In this document: piece by piece, positions 35,001 to 47,990 of the stretch
Position numbering within the stretch: position 1 is the first letter of the stretch
Layout: each line of letters begins with the position of its first letter
DNA from: Eukaryota sp. TZLM1-RC
Lineage: Eukaryota > Protista > Metamonada: BaSk clade
NCBI GenBank assembly: GCA_040285825.1
Contig: JAUPSS010000004.1
Coordinates: 2,894,550 to 2,958,549 of the forward strand
Length of the DNA stretch: 64,000 nt
Direction of reading: 5' to 3'
The notes under the pieces: model-generated
The model's input: only the letters and a program-made list of their open reading frames with translations
Told to the model about the DNA's origin: nothing
Databases searched by the model: none
Position numbers and translations under genes: made by a program

Positions 35001-36802
35001 AATGGCATTTACAGTTTTGCTGTAAAAAGCTTCAACAAAAATTATCAACATGAAATTCATAATCCCCTTTCAAATGCTGAAAATTTTAAATTCAAAAAAT
35101 ACAATGAACCTTTGTCCAGAAAGTACAATTAATAGGGTTGCTAATGAAGCTGCTACATTATACCAATCCATAGGTCTTGATTTGAATGTTCAAAAATGTT
35201 TTTGTATTTCCAGAAAAAATGTTAAGTTAATAATTAATTCCCTCGAAGTTCCATATATGGATTATACTTCAACTAGTTTCTGCTTTCTGGGTTGCTATTT
35301 AGGTTCCGCCGAAAAGACACTTGACAGCCTTGAAAATTATTTAAATTCAATTAAAAAAGAGCTAGAAGTTATAAAGACTCTTGAATTGGAAAAACATCTT
35401 AAGTTTTTTCTTTTGAAAATTTGTTATGCTGGAAAAATTACTCATTTACTGCGATCATTACCTCCATCCCTAACTTACAATTTTTGTAGACAATTTAACA
35501 AAATACGTACCCAATTTTTGTAAATGTTCTCGAGAAATTACAACTACTCATTTGTCAAATTGTAAACATTTTATTACTTTTAGAAGCAAGGTTCATGATG
35601 CTGTAAGAGACCAGTTATATTGTATGTGTAAATCTCATAGAATTGAATCCTTCTTGGAACCTCTGTTGTCAAATCTGTTTGAAGCTGAAAATGATTTTCA
35701 TAAGAATAATAGAGGTGATGTCATATTACCTGGATTAGATGGAAGCTTCATTTTATTGGATGTAATGTCTGTTGATCCTTGTAATGCCTCAAATGAAAGG
35801 CTTATTAATTCTGAAATTCATAATCCCCTTTCAAATGCTGAAAATTTTAAATTCAAAACATACAATGAACCTTTGTCCAAATTGGCCAGTCTACAGCATG
35901 CAAAATACAATTTGTATCCATTTGTATTTTCCCTTTTTGGTTCACTTGCACCAACTGCTTTACGTTTTTTGGATGATTTTGAAATGATTGTAAAGAGAAG
36001 AACTGGCAGAAATTTCAACAGATTGTTTTGGCAAAATAGAATTGTGTTTTCTATTTTTAAGGGGATGTTGAAGATGGTTTCTGATGCTTTGCTTGCTCTT
36101 GGATCTCACTATGAGAGAGTTGCATCTAGTGTTTTTGTTTTGGGAGAGATGGATTTTTTAGATGTTGATTTATAGGTTTAGAATAAAATTAATTTAAAAA
36201 AAAACTGTAAATTAAAAAGAGATCGGTTTGGAATTTCTTGAATTCATTGAGGAAAACATTTGGTCCAAATTTGTGGCGGCAATTTTTCAAGTTCACAAGA
36301 TAACTCATGCAAATAAGGACTGCAATTGGGAACTAACAGATGAGAATCATCAGGAAATCTACGAGAAAATTCATAAATAAAATTTTTGCCACCACCCAAG
36401 AATGCTGATTGACACAAAATTGAAGATTTAGTAAATCCAATACCACCCAAATTTGCTGAAAAAAATAAGTGGCTTTTCAACATTCCTGGTTCTACATCCA
36501 ATAAATCAGCAAAAAATTCTGTTCTCAATGAATTAAAAGAACGACAAAAATCTAATGCTATGGATGGAGCACAAGATCTCAAAATGTGGGTTATTCTCCC
36601 AGTGTAGGAAATTTTAAGCATGAAAAATTTAATATGTTTTTCAATATCTAAAGAAGAAATTGAATCAAGTTCAATTTTCATTTTTTCCAAAATAACTTGC
36701 AATTCATTCTGAATTTGAGGCACGTTTCCTAACCAACAACCAAGGAACTTAAAAGCATCACTACTATAGTTAGTAAAAGGGACAATAGAATCGTTTATCA
36801 CG
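32098..36802. mobile_element. Patchwork of fragments: A+ RT 32098-32518; B- 32519-33787; A- 33788-35005; B+ RT ~35113-35520; A+ ~35517-36203; A- 36204-36802
   Basis: Segment identities from the ORF track and nucleotide identity to the long A and B copies. Tails near 32519, 33788 and 36200. Confidence 0.85.
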
Positions 36803-39800
36803 ATTTCAAAAGAACCAATAATCGAAATGTCATCCATATAGGCAACAATGCGCAAATCAGGGAAATCTTGTTGTGTCATTTTAATAATATTATGAATAGC
36901 CAAACAAAACAGCAAAAGGCCAAGAGGATCACCTTGTTTCACACCAGAAAAAGATTCAAGGGTAAAGGAGTCAAAAATTAAGTCTGATTTTTTTCCATAA
37001 AATAAATAAAAAAATGCAGAAAGTTCAGGAAAATCATGAAGAAGCACATCAAAAATACATTTACGTTTCACAGAATTGAAAGCATTTTTGAAATCCAAAT
37101 TGAAAATATATTGATGTATTTGACTATTGAAAAAAACATCTGAAGTCATTGAAGCAACAGAAGCACCTTCAACAGTTTTTATACCAAATTGGAAAGGCTT
37201 CAGATAGTCCCTTGCTTTAGTAGAAATTCTGTTAAAAATAAGCGAAGAAAGCAATCTGGTTAATGACTCTCCAATAGCAATTGGTCTAACTCCATCAGGT
37301 TTGTCACCTTTACCAGGTTTAACTAAAGCAACTAAACGGGCAGCAGTCAATTCAGGCGGAGGAACATAATTCAAACACATTAAATTTTGAAAATAGGAAG
37401 CAAGATCCTCAACAATTTCAGGAGCATTTTTACAGGCAGTTTTCAACAAATTAAAAAAATGCCTGAAGGACCAGCAGCTTTTCCTTTTGGTAATTTAGCA
37501 ACGGCATTCAATACTTCTTGAGCCTGAAATGGATTTTCGAGCCAATATTGACAAATAGAAGGCTTAATGGGGCAAAAATTTTCAGTTGGATGGAGGGATT
37601 TCAATTTTTCAACAGTTTCGAGATTGTTATCAGCCAGTTTTCCCGAAAAAATATTTTTTAATCCGCTTCCATATCTACCTCTCAAAAACAATTTTCTTGC
37701 TTGAAAAGATGAATTAGCTTTTCTCTGTTTTGGTTTTTTTACAAAATTTTAATTTTATTCAAAACCTATAAATCAACATCTAAAAAATCCATCTCTCCCA
37801 AAACAAAAACACTAGATGCAACTCTCTCATAGTGAGATCCAAGAGAAAGCAAAGCATCAGAAACCATCTTCAACATCCCCTTAAAAATAGAAAACACAAT
37901 TCTATTTTGCCACAACAATCTGTTGAAATTTCTGCCAGTTCTTCTCTTCTCATAGAATTGAATCCTTCTTGGAACCTCTGTTGTCAAATCTGTTTGATGC
38001 TGAAAATGATTTTCATAAGAATAATAGAGGTGATGTCATATTACCTGGATTAGATGGAAGCTTTATTTTATTGGATGTAATGTCTGTTGATCCTTGTAAT
38101 GCCTCAAATGAAAGGCTTGTTAATTCTGAAATTCATAATCCCCTTTCAAATGCTGAAAATTTTAAATTCAAAAAATACAATGAACCTTTGTCCAAATTGG
38201 CCAGTCTACAGCATGCAAAATACAATTTGTATCCATTTGTATTTTCCCTTTTTGGTTCACTTGCACCAACTGCTTTACGTTTTTTGGATGATTTTGAAAT
38301 GATTGTAAAGAGAAGAACTTTTTTTTTAAATTTAATTTTATTCTAAACCTATAAATCAAGATCTAAAAAATCCATCTCTCCCAAAACAAAAACACTAGAT
38401 GCAACTCTCTCATAGTGAGATCCAAGAGAAAGCAAAGCATCAGAAACCATCTTCAACATCCCCTTAAAAATAGAAAACACAATTCTATTGTGCCAAATCA
38501 ACCTGTTGAAATTTCTACCAGTTCTTCTCTTTACAATCATTTCAAAATCATCCAAAAAACGTAAAGCAGTTGGTGCAAGTGAACCAAAAAGGGAAAATAC
38601 AAATGGATACAAATTCTATTTTGCATGCTGTAGACTGGCCAATTTGGACAAAGGTTCATTGTATTTTTTGAATTTAAAATTTTCAGCATTTGAACGGGGA
38701 TTATGAATTTCAGAATTAACAAGCCTTTCATTTGAGGCATTACAAGGATCAACAGACATTACATCCAATAAAATGAAGCTTCCATCTAATCCAGGTAATA
38801 TGACATCACCTCTATTATTCTTATGAAAATCATTTTCAGCATCAAACAGATTTGACAACAGAGGTTCCAAGAAGGATTCAATTCTATGAGATTTACACAT
38901 ACAATATAACTGGTCTCTTACAGCATCATGAACCTTGCTTCTAAAAGTAATAAAATGTTTACAATTTAACAAATGAGTAGTTGTAATTTCTCGAGAACAT
39001 TTACAAATTAAATTATGAGGTAAATTATCAGGCCAGATAAAGGAACGAAATCTCATATTCAGAGTCCAAGCAGAATCGGTTAAGAGAGTGCCATAAACTT
39101 GTGGAATTGTTGTTACTAAGGCAGAAGAAGTACTGTCACACATATCTTGTAAAAGATTTGCAAAAGCGGGATTCTTTTTCTTGGCCAAGCCAAGTCTAAC
39201 ATCAAAATCCAAGCTTTCAAAAATCTTTGACAATTTTTGTTGAAGCTTTTTACAGCAAAACTGTAAATTAAAAAGAGATCGGTTTGGAATTTCTTGAATT
39301 GATTGAGGAAAACATTTGGTCCAAATTTGTGGCGGCAATTTTTCAAGTTCACAAGATAACTCATACAAATAGGGACTGCAATTGGGAACTAACAGATGAG
39401 AATCATCAGGAAATCTACGAGAAAATTCATAAATAAAATTTTTGCCACCACCCAAGAATGCTGATTGACACAAAATTGAAGATTTAGTAAATCCAATACC
39501 ACCCAAATTTGCTGAAGAAAATAAATGGCTTTTCAACATTCCTGGTTCTACATCCAATAAATCAGCAAAAAATTCTGTTCTCAATGAATTAAAAGAACGA
39601 CAAAAATCTAATGCTATGGAAGGAGCACAAGATCTCAAAATGTGGGTTATTCTCCCAGTGTAGCAAATTTTAAGCATGAAAAATTTAATATGTTTTTCTA
39701 TATCTAAAGAAGAAATTGAATCAAGTTCAATTTTCATTTTTTCCAAAATAACTTGTAATTCATTCTGAATTTGAGGTATCTTTCTTAACCAACAACCAAG

Positions 39801-42800
39801 GAACTTAAAAGCATCACTACTATAATTAGTAAATGGGACAATAGAATCGTTTATCACGAGATCTTGAGCAGAAGATCCAATCAGAAGGCATTTGCTGGCA
39901 TTAAGATGAAGCCCAATATTTTCATATGAATCGGCAATTTCTTGAGCAACCAATTCTAGTAAATTTTTTTTTCTCCCTCCCTTAGTCAACCCTCTCATAT
40001 TTCACTTTCTGTCACGGCGTCAAAGTCGTACTGTGTCTTTGCCAAAACGATGCCAGTGACTGACAGTGACTCTGATACTGATTGGAATGCCCAAGTGAAG
40101 GTTCTACCCGTCAGATCAAGCTCATCCCCTTCATTCCTCCACTCTCCCCACCCTCCAAGCTATGCTCGAAATTCTTCTCAAAAGAATTCAAATTCAAAAA
40201 ATGATCAGCGTGCCGCAAAAAACACAAAACTCTCAAAAAATGTTCCCCGTTGCTCATCCTGTCATAAAATTGGTCATAAAAAGAATTCTAAAAAATGTGA
40301 AAATTATCAAAATCCATCTACTTCTTATTCTGTAACTGCCGCTGCTGCTGAATTAAATAATTTAGAATTTAATTTACCTCCCAAACATGAGTGCATTGCA
40401 GAAGACAATGATGCAGTGATGTTAGACATTTGTAGTGAAGCAGGTCAAATTGATAATTGTGCTATTTGTAATGAAAAAGCTGAAAGATATATTTTAAAAA
40501 ATAATTTATATGTATGCCGTGTTTGCTCCTCACTTGATACACTACGGCCTCCATGTAAGATTCCGAATGTTCTTAGTCCCAAGGCTTCCATTCCCTTTTC
40601 TGTTGCGTTTAGAACATTCAGTCTTGCTTAGAAAAAAGGAGAATGGGATGTTTTTTCTATTTGGAAATTCTTCCTTGAACAAAAATCAGGTTCTCGTCCC
40701 CAAAAGGTTTTCACTCCAAAGAAACAACCCAAGAATAAGACTGTACGAAAACTTTTGCTACGTGGGAGATATGGTTCAGGGAAAAACGCTCTGTTCTCAT
40801 CTGATCTTGCTCCTGTGACTGATGAAACTGTAAATCAATTAGTAGATCTGCATCCAGCTGAATTTCTTAATTTGGATAAACCATCTGCTTCACAATTTTG
40901 GAAACAAAATCCACTTTCTGAAAAAGAAGTTGAAACTGCCATTTTTCGTCTTCCATCTGGAAAAGCTCCAGGTCCATCTGGAATAACTTTTGATATGCTG
41001 AAATCTGTGTGCCGCCAAAATTCCTTTATTATTAAAGATTTATGTTCCTTTTTTCAAGATGTTTTGACAATGAAAATTGTTCCACCCAAAGAATTAAGTG
41101 CATCACGGTTAGTGGCTTTAACTAAACCTAATGGAAAAGTTCGCCCAATTGCTATAGGTGAAGCCATTTATCGCCTGATGTCTTCAGTAATTTTTAACCG
41201 AGTTTCAACAAAAGCTAAAGAATACTTTTCTCCATTCCAATATGGAATCAAAACCATAGATGGAGCTTCAGTTGCGGCTTTGACATCTGATCTTTTTTCC
41301 AATTGTCACGAAAATAGTTGCATTTTTAATCTTGATTTCAAAAATGCTTTCAATTCAGTGAAAAGAGATTCCATTTGGAAAGAAATCAAATCAAATTTTC
41401 CTGAACTTTTTTGGATGATTTTGAAATGATTGTAAAGAGAAGAACTGGCAGAAATTTCAACAGATTGTTTTGGCAAAATAGAATTGTGTTTTCTATTTTT
41501 AAGGGGATGTTGAAGATGGTTTCTGATGCTTTGCTTTCTCTTGGATCTCACTATGAGAGAGTTGCATCTAGTGTTTTTGTTTTGGGAGAGATGGATTTTT
41601 TAGATGTTGATTTATAGGTTTAGAATAAAATTAAATTTAAAAAAAAATTTCCTGAACTCGAAACCTTTTTTTATAGGTTTTATGGTAATTCATCTGATTT
41701 AATTTTTAATTCTTTTAATCTTGATTCTTTATCAGGAGTTAAACAAAGAGACCCTTTAGGTCCTTTCTTTTTTTGTCTTGCAATTCACCCAATTTTGAAA
41801 AAATTAAAAGAAGAAAATTCTGACCTTCAAGTGGTAGCCTACATGGATGACATTTCTTGTATTGGTCCAGAAAGTACAATTAATAGGGTTGCTAATGAAG
41901 CTGCTACATTATACCAATCCATAGGTCTTGAGTTGAATGTTCAAAAATGTTTTTGTATTTCTAGGAAAAATGTTAAGTTAATAATTAATTCCCTTGAAGT
42001 TCCATATATTGATTATACTTCAACTAGTTTCTGCTTTCTTGGTTGCTATTTAGGTTCCGCCGAAAAAACACTTGATAGCCTTGAAAATTATTTAAATTCA
42101 ATTAAAAAAGAGCTAGAAGTCATAAAGACCCTTGAATTGGAAAAACATCTTAAGAAAATTTGTTATGCTGGAAAAATTACTCATTTACTGAGATCATTAC
42201 CTCCATCCCTAACTTACAATTTTTGTAGACAATTTAACAAAATACGTACCCAATTTTTGGCTTATTTAATGTCTGTTGATCCATCAATTTTGAAAAATCA
42301 TATTTTTTCTGATGTTCAACTTGGCGGTGTTGGATTCAATTCATCAAAATATTTGACCAAAGCTGCTTTTATTGGTGGTGGAAAAAATTTTGTATTTGAA
42401 TTCTCCAGAAGATATCCTTTTACAAGATATGTGTGACAGTACTTCTTCTGCCTTAGTAACAACAATTCCACAAGTTTATGGTACTCTCTTATCCGATTCT
42501 GCTTGGACTCTGAATATGAGATTTCGTTCCTTTATCTGGCCTGATAATTTACCTCATAATTTAATTTGTAAATGTTCTCGAGAAATTACAACTACTCATT
42601 TGTTAAATTGTAAACATTTTATTACTTTTAGAAGCAAGGTTCATGATGCTGTAAGAGACCAGTTATATTGTATGTGTAAATCTCATTGAATTGAATCCTT
42701 TTTGGAACCTTTGTTGTCAAATCTGTTTGATGCTGAAAATGATTTTCATAAGAATAATAGAGGTGATGTCATATTACCTGGATTAGATGGAAGCTTCATT

Positions 42801-44840
42801 TTATTGGATGTAATGTCTGTTGATCCTTGTAATGCCTCAAATGAAAGGCTTGTTAATTCTGAAATTCATAATCCCCTTTCAAATGCTGAAAATTTTAAAT
42901 TCAAAAAATACAATGAACCTTTGTCCAAATTGGCCAGTCTACAGCATGCAAAATACAATTTGTATCCATTTGTATTTTCCCTTTTTGGTTCACTTGCACC
43001 AACTGCTTTACGTTTTTTGGATGATTTTGAAATGATTGTAAAGAGAAGAACTGGCAGAAATTTCAACAGATTGTTTTGGCAAAATAGAATTGTGTTTTCT
43101 ATTTTTAAGGGGATGTTGAAGATGGTTTCTGATGCTTTGCTTTCTCTTGGATCTCACTATGAGAGAGTTGCATCTAGTGTTTTTGTTTTGGGAGAGATGG
43201 ATTTTTTAGATGTTGATTTATAGGTTTAGAATAAAAAAAAGATATTCCAAAAAAAAGGTTTGACATTATCACATTTATTTAATTGTAATAGATATATTTC
43301 CTATCGTTCTACGTTGCATGATGCAGTCAGAGATCAAATCCATGCAATGTGTAATTCCTATCATATTGAATCTTTTGTAGAACCTTTGTTGAGGACTCTT
43401 GATATAAATGAAAGCGTAAGAGATTCAGAATATGGAAAACGACGTGCTGATGTTGTTGTGCCCTCGGTTGATGATGTCATGAATGTTGTTGATGTCGTAA
43501 CAGTGGATGTTTGCAAGAAAAATGCCTTGAAAAATGCTCAATCCGAAGTATCCCCCCTTGATGACTCCGAATTGTACAAACGGAAAAAGTATGCAAATCC
43601 TTTAAAAGAATTGAAACATGTTCGCCATGTAGATTACCAAATTTGCCCATTTGCTATATCGTTGTATGGTCGTCTTGGAAAAACTGCTATGAATTTTATT
43701 GATGATTTTGAAAATCTTGTGAAAAGAAGAATGAATAAGCGTTTTGATCGTCGCTTGTGGCTAAATCGTATTGTTTTTACTATTTTCAAATCAATTCCTA
43801 AAATGATTTCGAAAGCTTTGATGTCTGTCAGTGCACATTACGAAGAAATTGCTGTTGTGAGGTTTGATGGTGTGGAAGCTTGTTTTGAAGATATTGACTT
43901 TTAGACTGTAGTTTAATAATAAATTAAAATTTTTCAAAAAAAAATTCTAGTAAATCAAATGAACCAATCAAGGATATATCATCCATTTAAGCAACTATTT
44001 TTATAGAAGGCTATTTTTGCTTAATGATATTTAAAGTTGTGTTTTGGTTTGTAATTAATTTTCTCCTTTTTTTTCCCAAAGTATTTCCAAAATCTTGTTA
44101 TGTTCCATTTGTTTAATTTCAATTGCGAAGAAAAAGAACGCATTTCCATTGACATAGGAACAGAACTGGCAGGACTCACCTCTACAGGAATTTTAACAGG
44201 TGCACGAAGAGAATCACTTGTTTGACAGTCAAAAGAAAACAAGAGAGGGCGACCATTAGAAGAATTAGAGAGGAACTTTTTGCAAAAAGGACAATTATGT
44301 TTCAAGACATTATCCGTAGGATCAGGAGCAACAGTTTTTGGTAAATGAGTTTGATCAATATTTAAATCATAATTAACATCATCAGCAGAAACATTGGGAA
44401 CAGGAGGAAGATTCAGTTCGGATGGCGTTTGCAAACTATTCACAATAGAAAATATTGGTTTTCAGTCTCATTTTTTCGGTAATAATATCAGGACATTTTC
44501 TAATGTTATGACCAACCTTGCCACATTTGGAACAGGTATGTTTTCTTTTTTGCACTTTTTCAGACATAATATCAGGGGCATCACACAAAGGCAAAAAATC
44601 TTTTTTAAAAATTCTCAAATTTTTTTGAGAAGAATTTCGAGCATAGTTTGAAGGGTGGGGAGAGTGGAGAAGTGAAGGGGATGAGCTTGATCTGATGGGA
44701 AGAATCTTTGCTTGGGCGTTCCAATCAGTATCAGAGTCACTATCAGTCAACGGCATCGTTTTGGCAAAGACACAGTACAACTTGGACGCCGTGACAGAAA
44801 GTGAAATATGAGAGGGTTGACCAGGGGAGGGAGAAAAAAA
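36803..44840 (-). mobile_element. Family C element (5' leader, zinc knuckle, RT) split by a family A insertion at 37737-44039
   Basis: Leader at 44840-44760, start MPLTDSDSDTDW, CSKCGKVGHNIRKC, RT in ORF 36244-37449. 11-bp TSD tgttttggttt at 37726-37736 and 44040-44050. Confidence 0.88.
39965..43942 (+). mobile_element. Originally full-length family B element inserted antisense in family A RT, itself hit by two family A copies (41408-41644, ~42421-43240)
   Basis: 13-bp TSD aattctagtaaat (39952-39964, 43943-43955). ORF pieces 40050-40631, 40755-41429, 41795-42436, 43260-43904. Inner TSD aaattt(t)cctgaact (41393-41407, 41645-41658). About 0.5 kb of B is missing at the second insert. Confidence 0.92.
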
Positions 44841-45126
44841 ACAATTTATGAGACCAGTTATATTGTATGTGTAAATCTCATAGTATTGAATCCTTCTTGG
44901 AACCTCTGTTGTCAAATCTGTTTGATGCTGAAGATGATTTTCCTAAGAATAATAGAGGTGATGTTATATTACCTGGATTAGATGGAAGTTTCATTTTATT
45001 GGATGTAATGTCTGTTGATCCTTGTAATGCCTCAAATGAAAGGCTAGTTAATTCTGAAATTCATAATCCCCTTTCAAATGCTGAAAATTTTAAATTCAAA
45101 AAATACATTGAACCTTTGTCCAAATT

Positions 45127-47860
45127 TTTTTTTAGTTTAATTTTAATTTATTTTCAAAACCACAGTCTAAAAGTCAATATCTTCAAAACAAGCTTCCACA
45201 CCATCAAACCTTACAGCAGCAATGTTTTCATAATGTGCACTGACAGACATTAAAGCTTTCGAAATCATTTTAGGAATTGATTTGAAAATAGTAAAAACAA
45301 TACGATTTAGCCACAAGCGACGATCAAAACGCTTATTCATTCTTTTTTTCACAAGATTTTCCAAATCATCAATAAAATTCAAAGCAGTTTTTCCAAGACG
45401 ACCATACAACGATATAGCAAATGGGCAAATTTGGTAATCTACATGGCGAACATGTTTCAATTCTTTTAAAGGATTTGCATACTTTTTCCGTTTGTACAAT
45501 TCGGAGTCATCAAGGGGGATACTTCGGATTGAGCATTTTTCAAGGCATTTTTCTTGCATACATCCACTGTTACGACATCAACAACATTCATGACATCATC
45601 AAACGAGGGCACAACAACATCAGCACGTCGTTTTCCATATTCTGAATCTCTTACGCTTTCATTTATATCAAGAGACCTCAACAAAGGTTCTACAAAAGAT
45701 TCAATATGATAGGAATTACACATTGCATGGATTTGATCTCTGACTGCATCATGCAACGTAGAACGATAGGAAATATATCTATTACAATTAAATAAATGTG
45801 ATAATGTCAAACCAGCTCCACATTTACAAAACAAATCATTGGGCAAATTACAAGGCCATAAATAACAACGCATTCTCATAGCAGTTGTCCATTGGTCGTC
45901 ATTCAAAAATAGACCATAAATCTGGGGAATTTGATTTATCAAAACTGCAGATGAACTGTCCTTCAAATCAATCAAAAAATTGGCAAAAGCAGGATTTTCT
46001 TTCTTAGTTGTGCTAAGTCGAACAATAAAATCCTTGTTTTCAAAATTTTTCAAAAGATGTCGTTGGAGCTTTTTCAACGCAAATTGTAATGAATATAAAC
46101 TTCTGTCTGGAATTTCTTGAATGGATATGGGGAAACATGATTGCCATAAGTCGGGAGATAAACTGGATATTTCTTCTCTTAAGTTATCCAGGAATATGCT
46201 ATTTGTATTTTCAAGAAGATTTTCGGCAAAAGGATATCTTCTAGAGAATTCAAATACAAAATTTTTTCCACCACCAATAAATGCAGCTTTGGTCAAATAT
46301 TTTGATGAATTGAATCCAACACCGCCAAGTTGAACATCAGAAAAAATATGATTTTTCAAAATTGATGGATCAACAGACATTAAATAAGCCAAAAATTGGG
46401 TACGTATTTTGTTAAATTGTCTACAGATATTGTAAGTTAGGGATGGAGGTAATGATCGCAGTAAATGAGTAATTTTTCCAGCATAACAAATTTTCAAAAG
46501 AAAAAACTTAAGATGTTTTTCCAATTCAAGAGTCTTTATGACTTCTAGCTCTTTTTTAATTGAATTTAAATAATTTTCAAGGCTGTCAAGTGTCTTTTCG
46601 GCGGAACCTAAATAGCAACCCAGAAAGCAGAAACTAGTTGAAGTATAATCAATATATGGAACTTCGAGGGAATTAATTATTAACTTAACATTTTTTCTAG
46701 AAATACAAAAACATTTTTGAACATTCAAATCAAGACCTATGGATTGGTATAATGTAGCAGCTTCATTAGCAACCCTATTAATTGTACTTTTTGGACCAAT
46801 ACAAGAAATGTCATCCATGTAAGCTACCACTTGAAGGTCAGAATTTTCTTCTTTTAATTTTTTCAAAATTGGGTGAATTGCAAGACAAAAAAAGAAAGGA
46901 CCTAAAGGGTCTCCTTGTTTAACTCCTGATAAAGAATCCAGATTAAAAGAATTAAAAATTAAATCAGATGAATTACCATAAAACCTATAAAAAAAAGGTT
47001 TCCAGTTCAGGAAAATTTGATTTGATTTCTTTCCAAATTGAATCTCTTTTCACTGAATTGAAAGCATTTTTGAAATCAAGATTAAAAATGCAACTATTTT
47101 CGTGACAATTGAAAAACAGATCAGATGTCAAAGCTGCAACTGAAGCTCCATCTATGGTTTTGATTCTATATTGGAATGGAAAAAAGTATTCTTTAGCTTT
47201 TGTTGAAACTCGATTAAAAATTACTGAAGACATCAGGCGATAAATGGCTTCACCAATGGCAATTGGGCGAACTTTTCCATTAGGTTTAGTTAAAGCCACT
47301 AACCGTGATGCACTTAATTCTTTGGGTGGAACAATTTTCATTGTCAAAACATCTTGAAAAAAGGAACATAAATCTTTAATAATAAAGGCATTTTGGCGGC
47401 ACACAGATTTCAGCATATCAAAAGTAATTCCAGATGGACCTGGAGCTTTTCCAGATGGAAGACGGAAAATGGCAGTTTCAACTTCTTTTTCAGAAAGTGG
47501 ATTTTGTTTCCAAAATTGTGAAGCAGATGGTTTATCCAAATTAAGAAATTCAGCTGGATGCAGATCCACTAATTGATTTACAGTTTCATCAGTCACAGGA
47601 GCAAGGTCAGATGAGAACAGAGCGTTTTTCCCTGAACCATATCTCCCACGTAGCAAAAGTTTTCGTACAGTCTTATTCTTGGGTTGTTTCTTTGGAGTGA
47701 AAACCTTTTGGGGACGAGAACCTGATTTTTGTTCAAGGAAGAATTTCCAAATAGAAAATATATCCCATTCTCCTTTTTTCAATGCAAGACTGAATGTTCT
47801 AAACGCAACAGAAAAGGGAATGGAAGCCTTGGGACTGAGAACATTCGGAATCTTACAAAT
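45127..47860 (-). mobile_element. Long 5'-truncated family B element inserted antisense in a family A fragment (44849-47991)
   Basis: ORFs 46985-48022, 45466-46866, 45167-45559. Family A resumes at ccaaatt (45120-45126, 47864-47870). Confidence 0.9.
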
Positions 47861-47990
47861 TGGCCAAATTGGCCAGTCTACAGCATGCAAAATACAATTT
47901 GTATCCATTTGTATTTTCCCTTTTTGGTTCACTTGCACCAACTGCTTTACGTTTTTTGGATGATTTTGAAATGATTGTAAAGAGAAGAAC

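Noticed and set aside
36244-37449. In-frame C/A chimeric RT ORF as a functional hybrid
   Set aside because: The junction near 36802 removes the RT segment after YMDD and the ORF stops before the nuclease; it is a by-product of nesting.
39965-40130. HDV-like or hammerhead ribozyme in the 5' leader
   Set aside because: No conserved GG after the putative P1 3' strand and no CUGANGA/GAAA core found by eye. The structure is reported without a ribozyme call.
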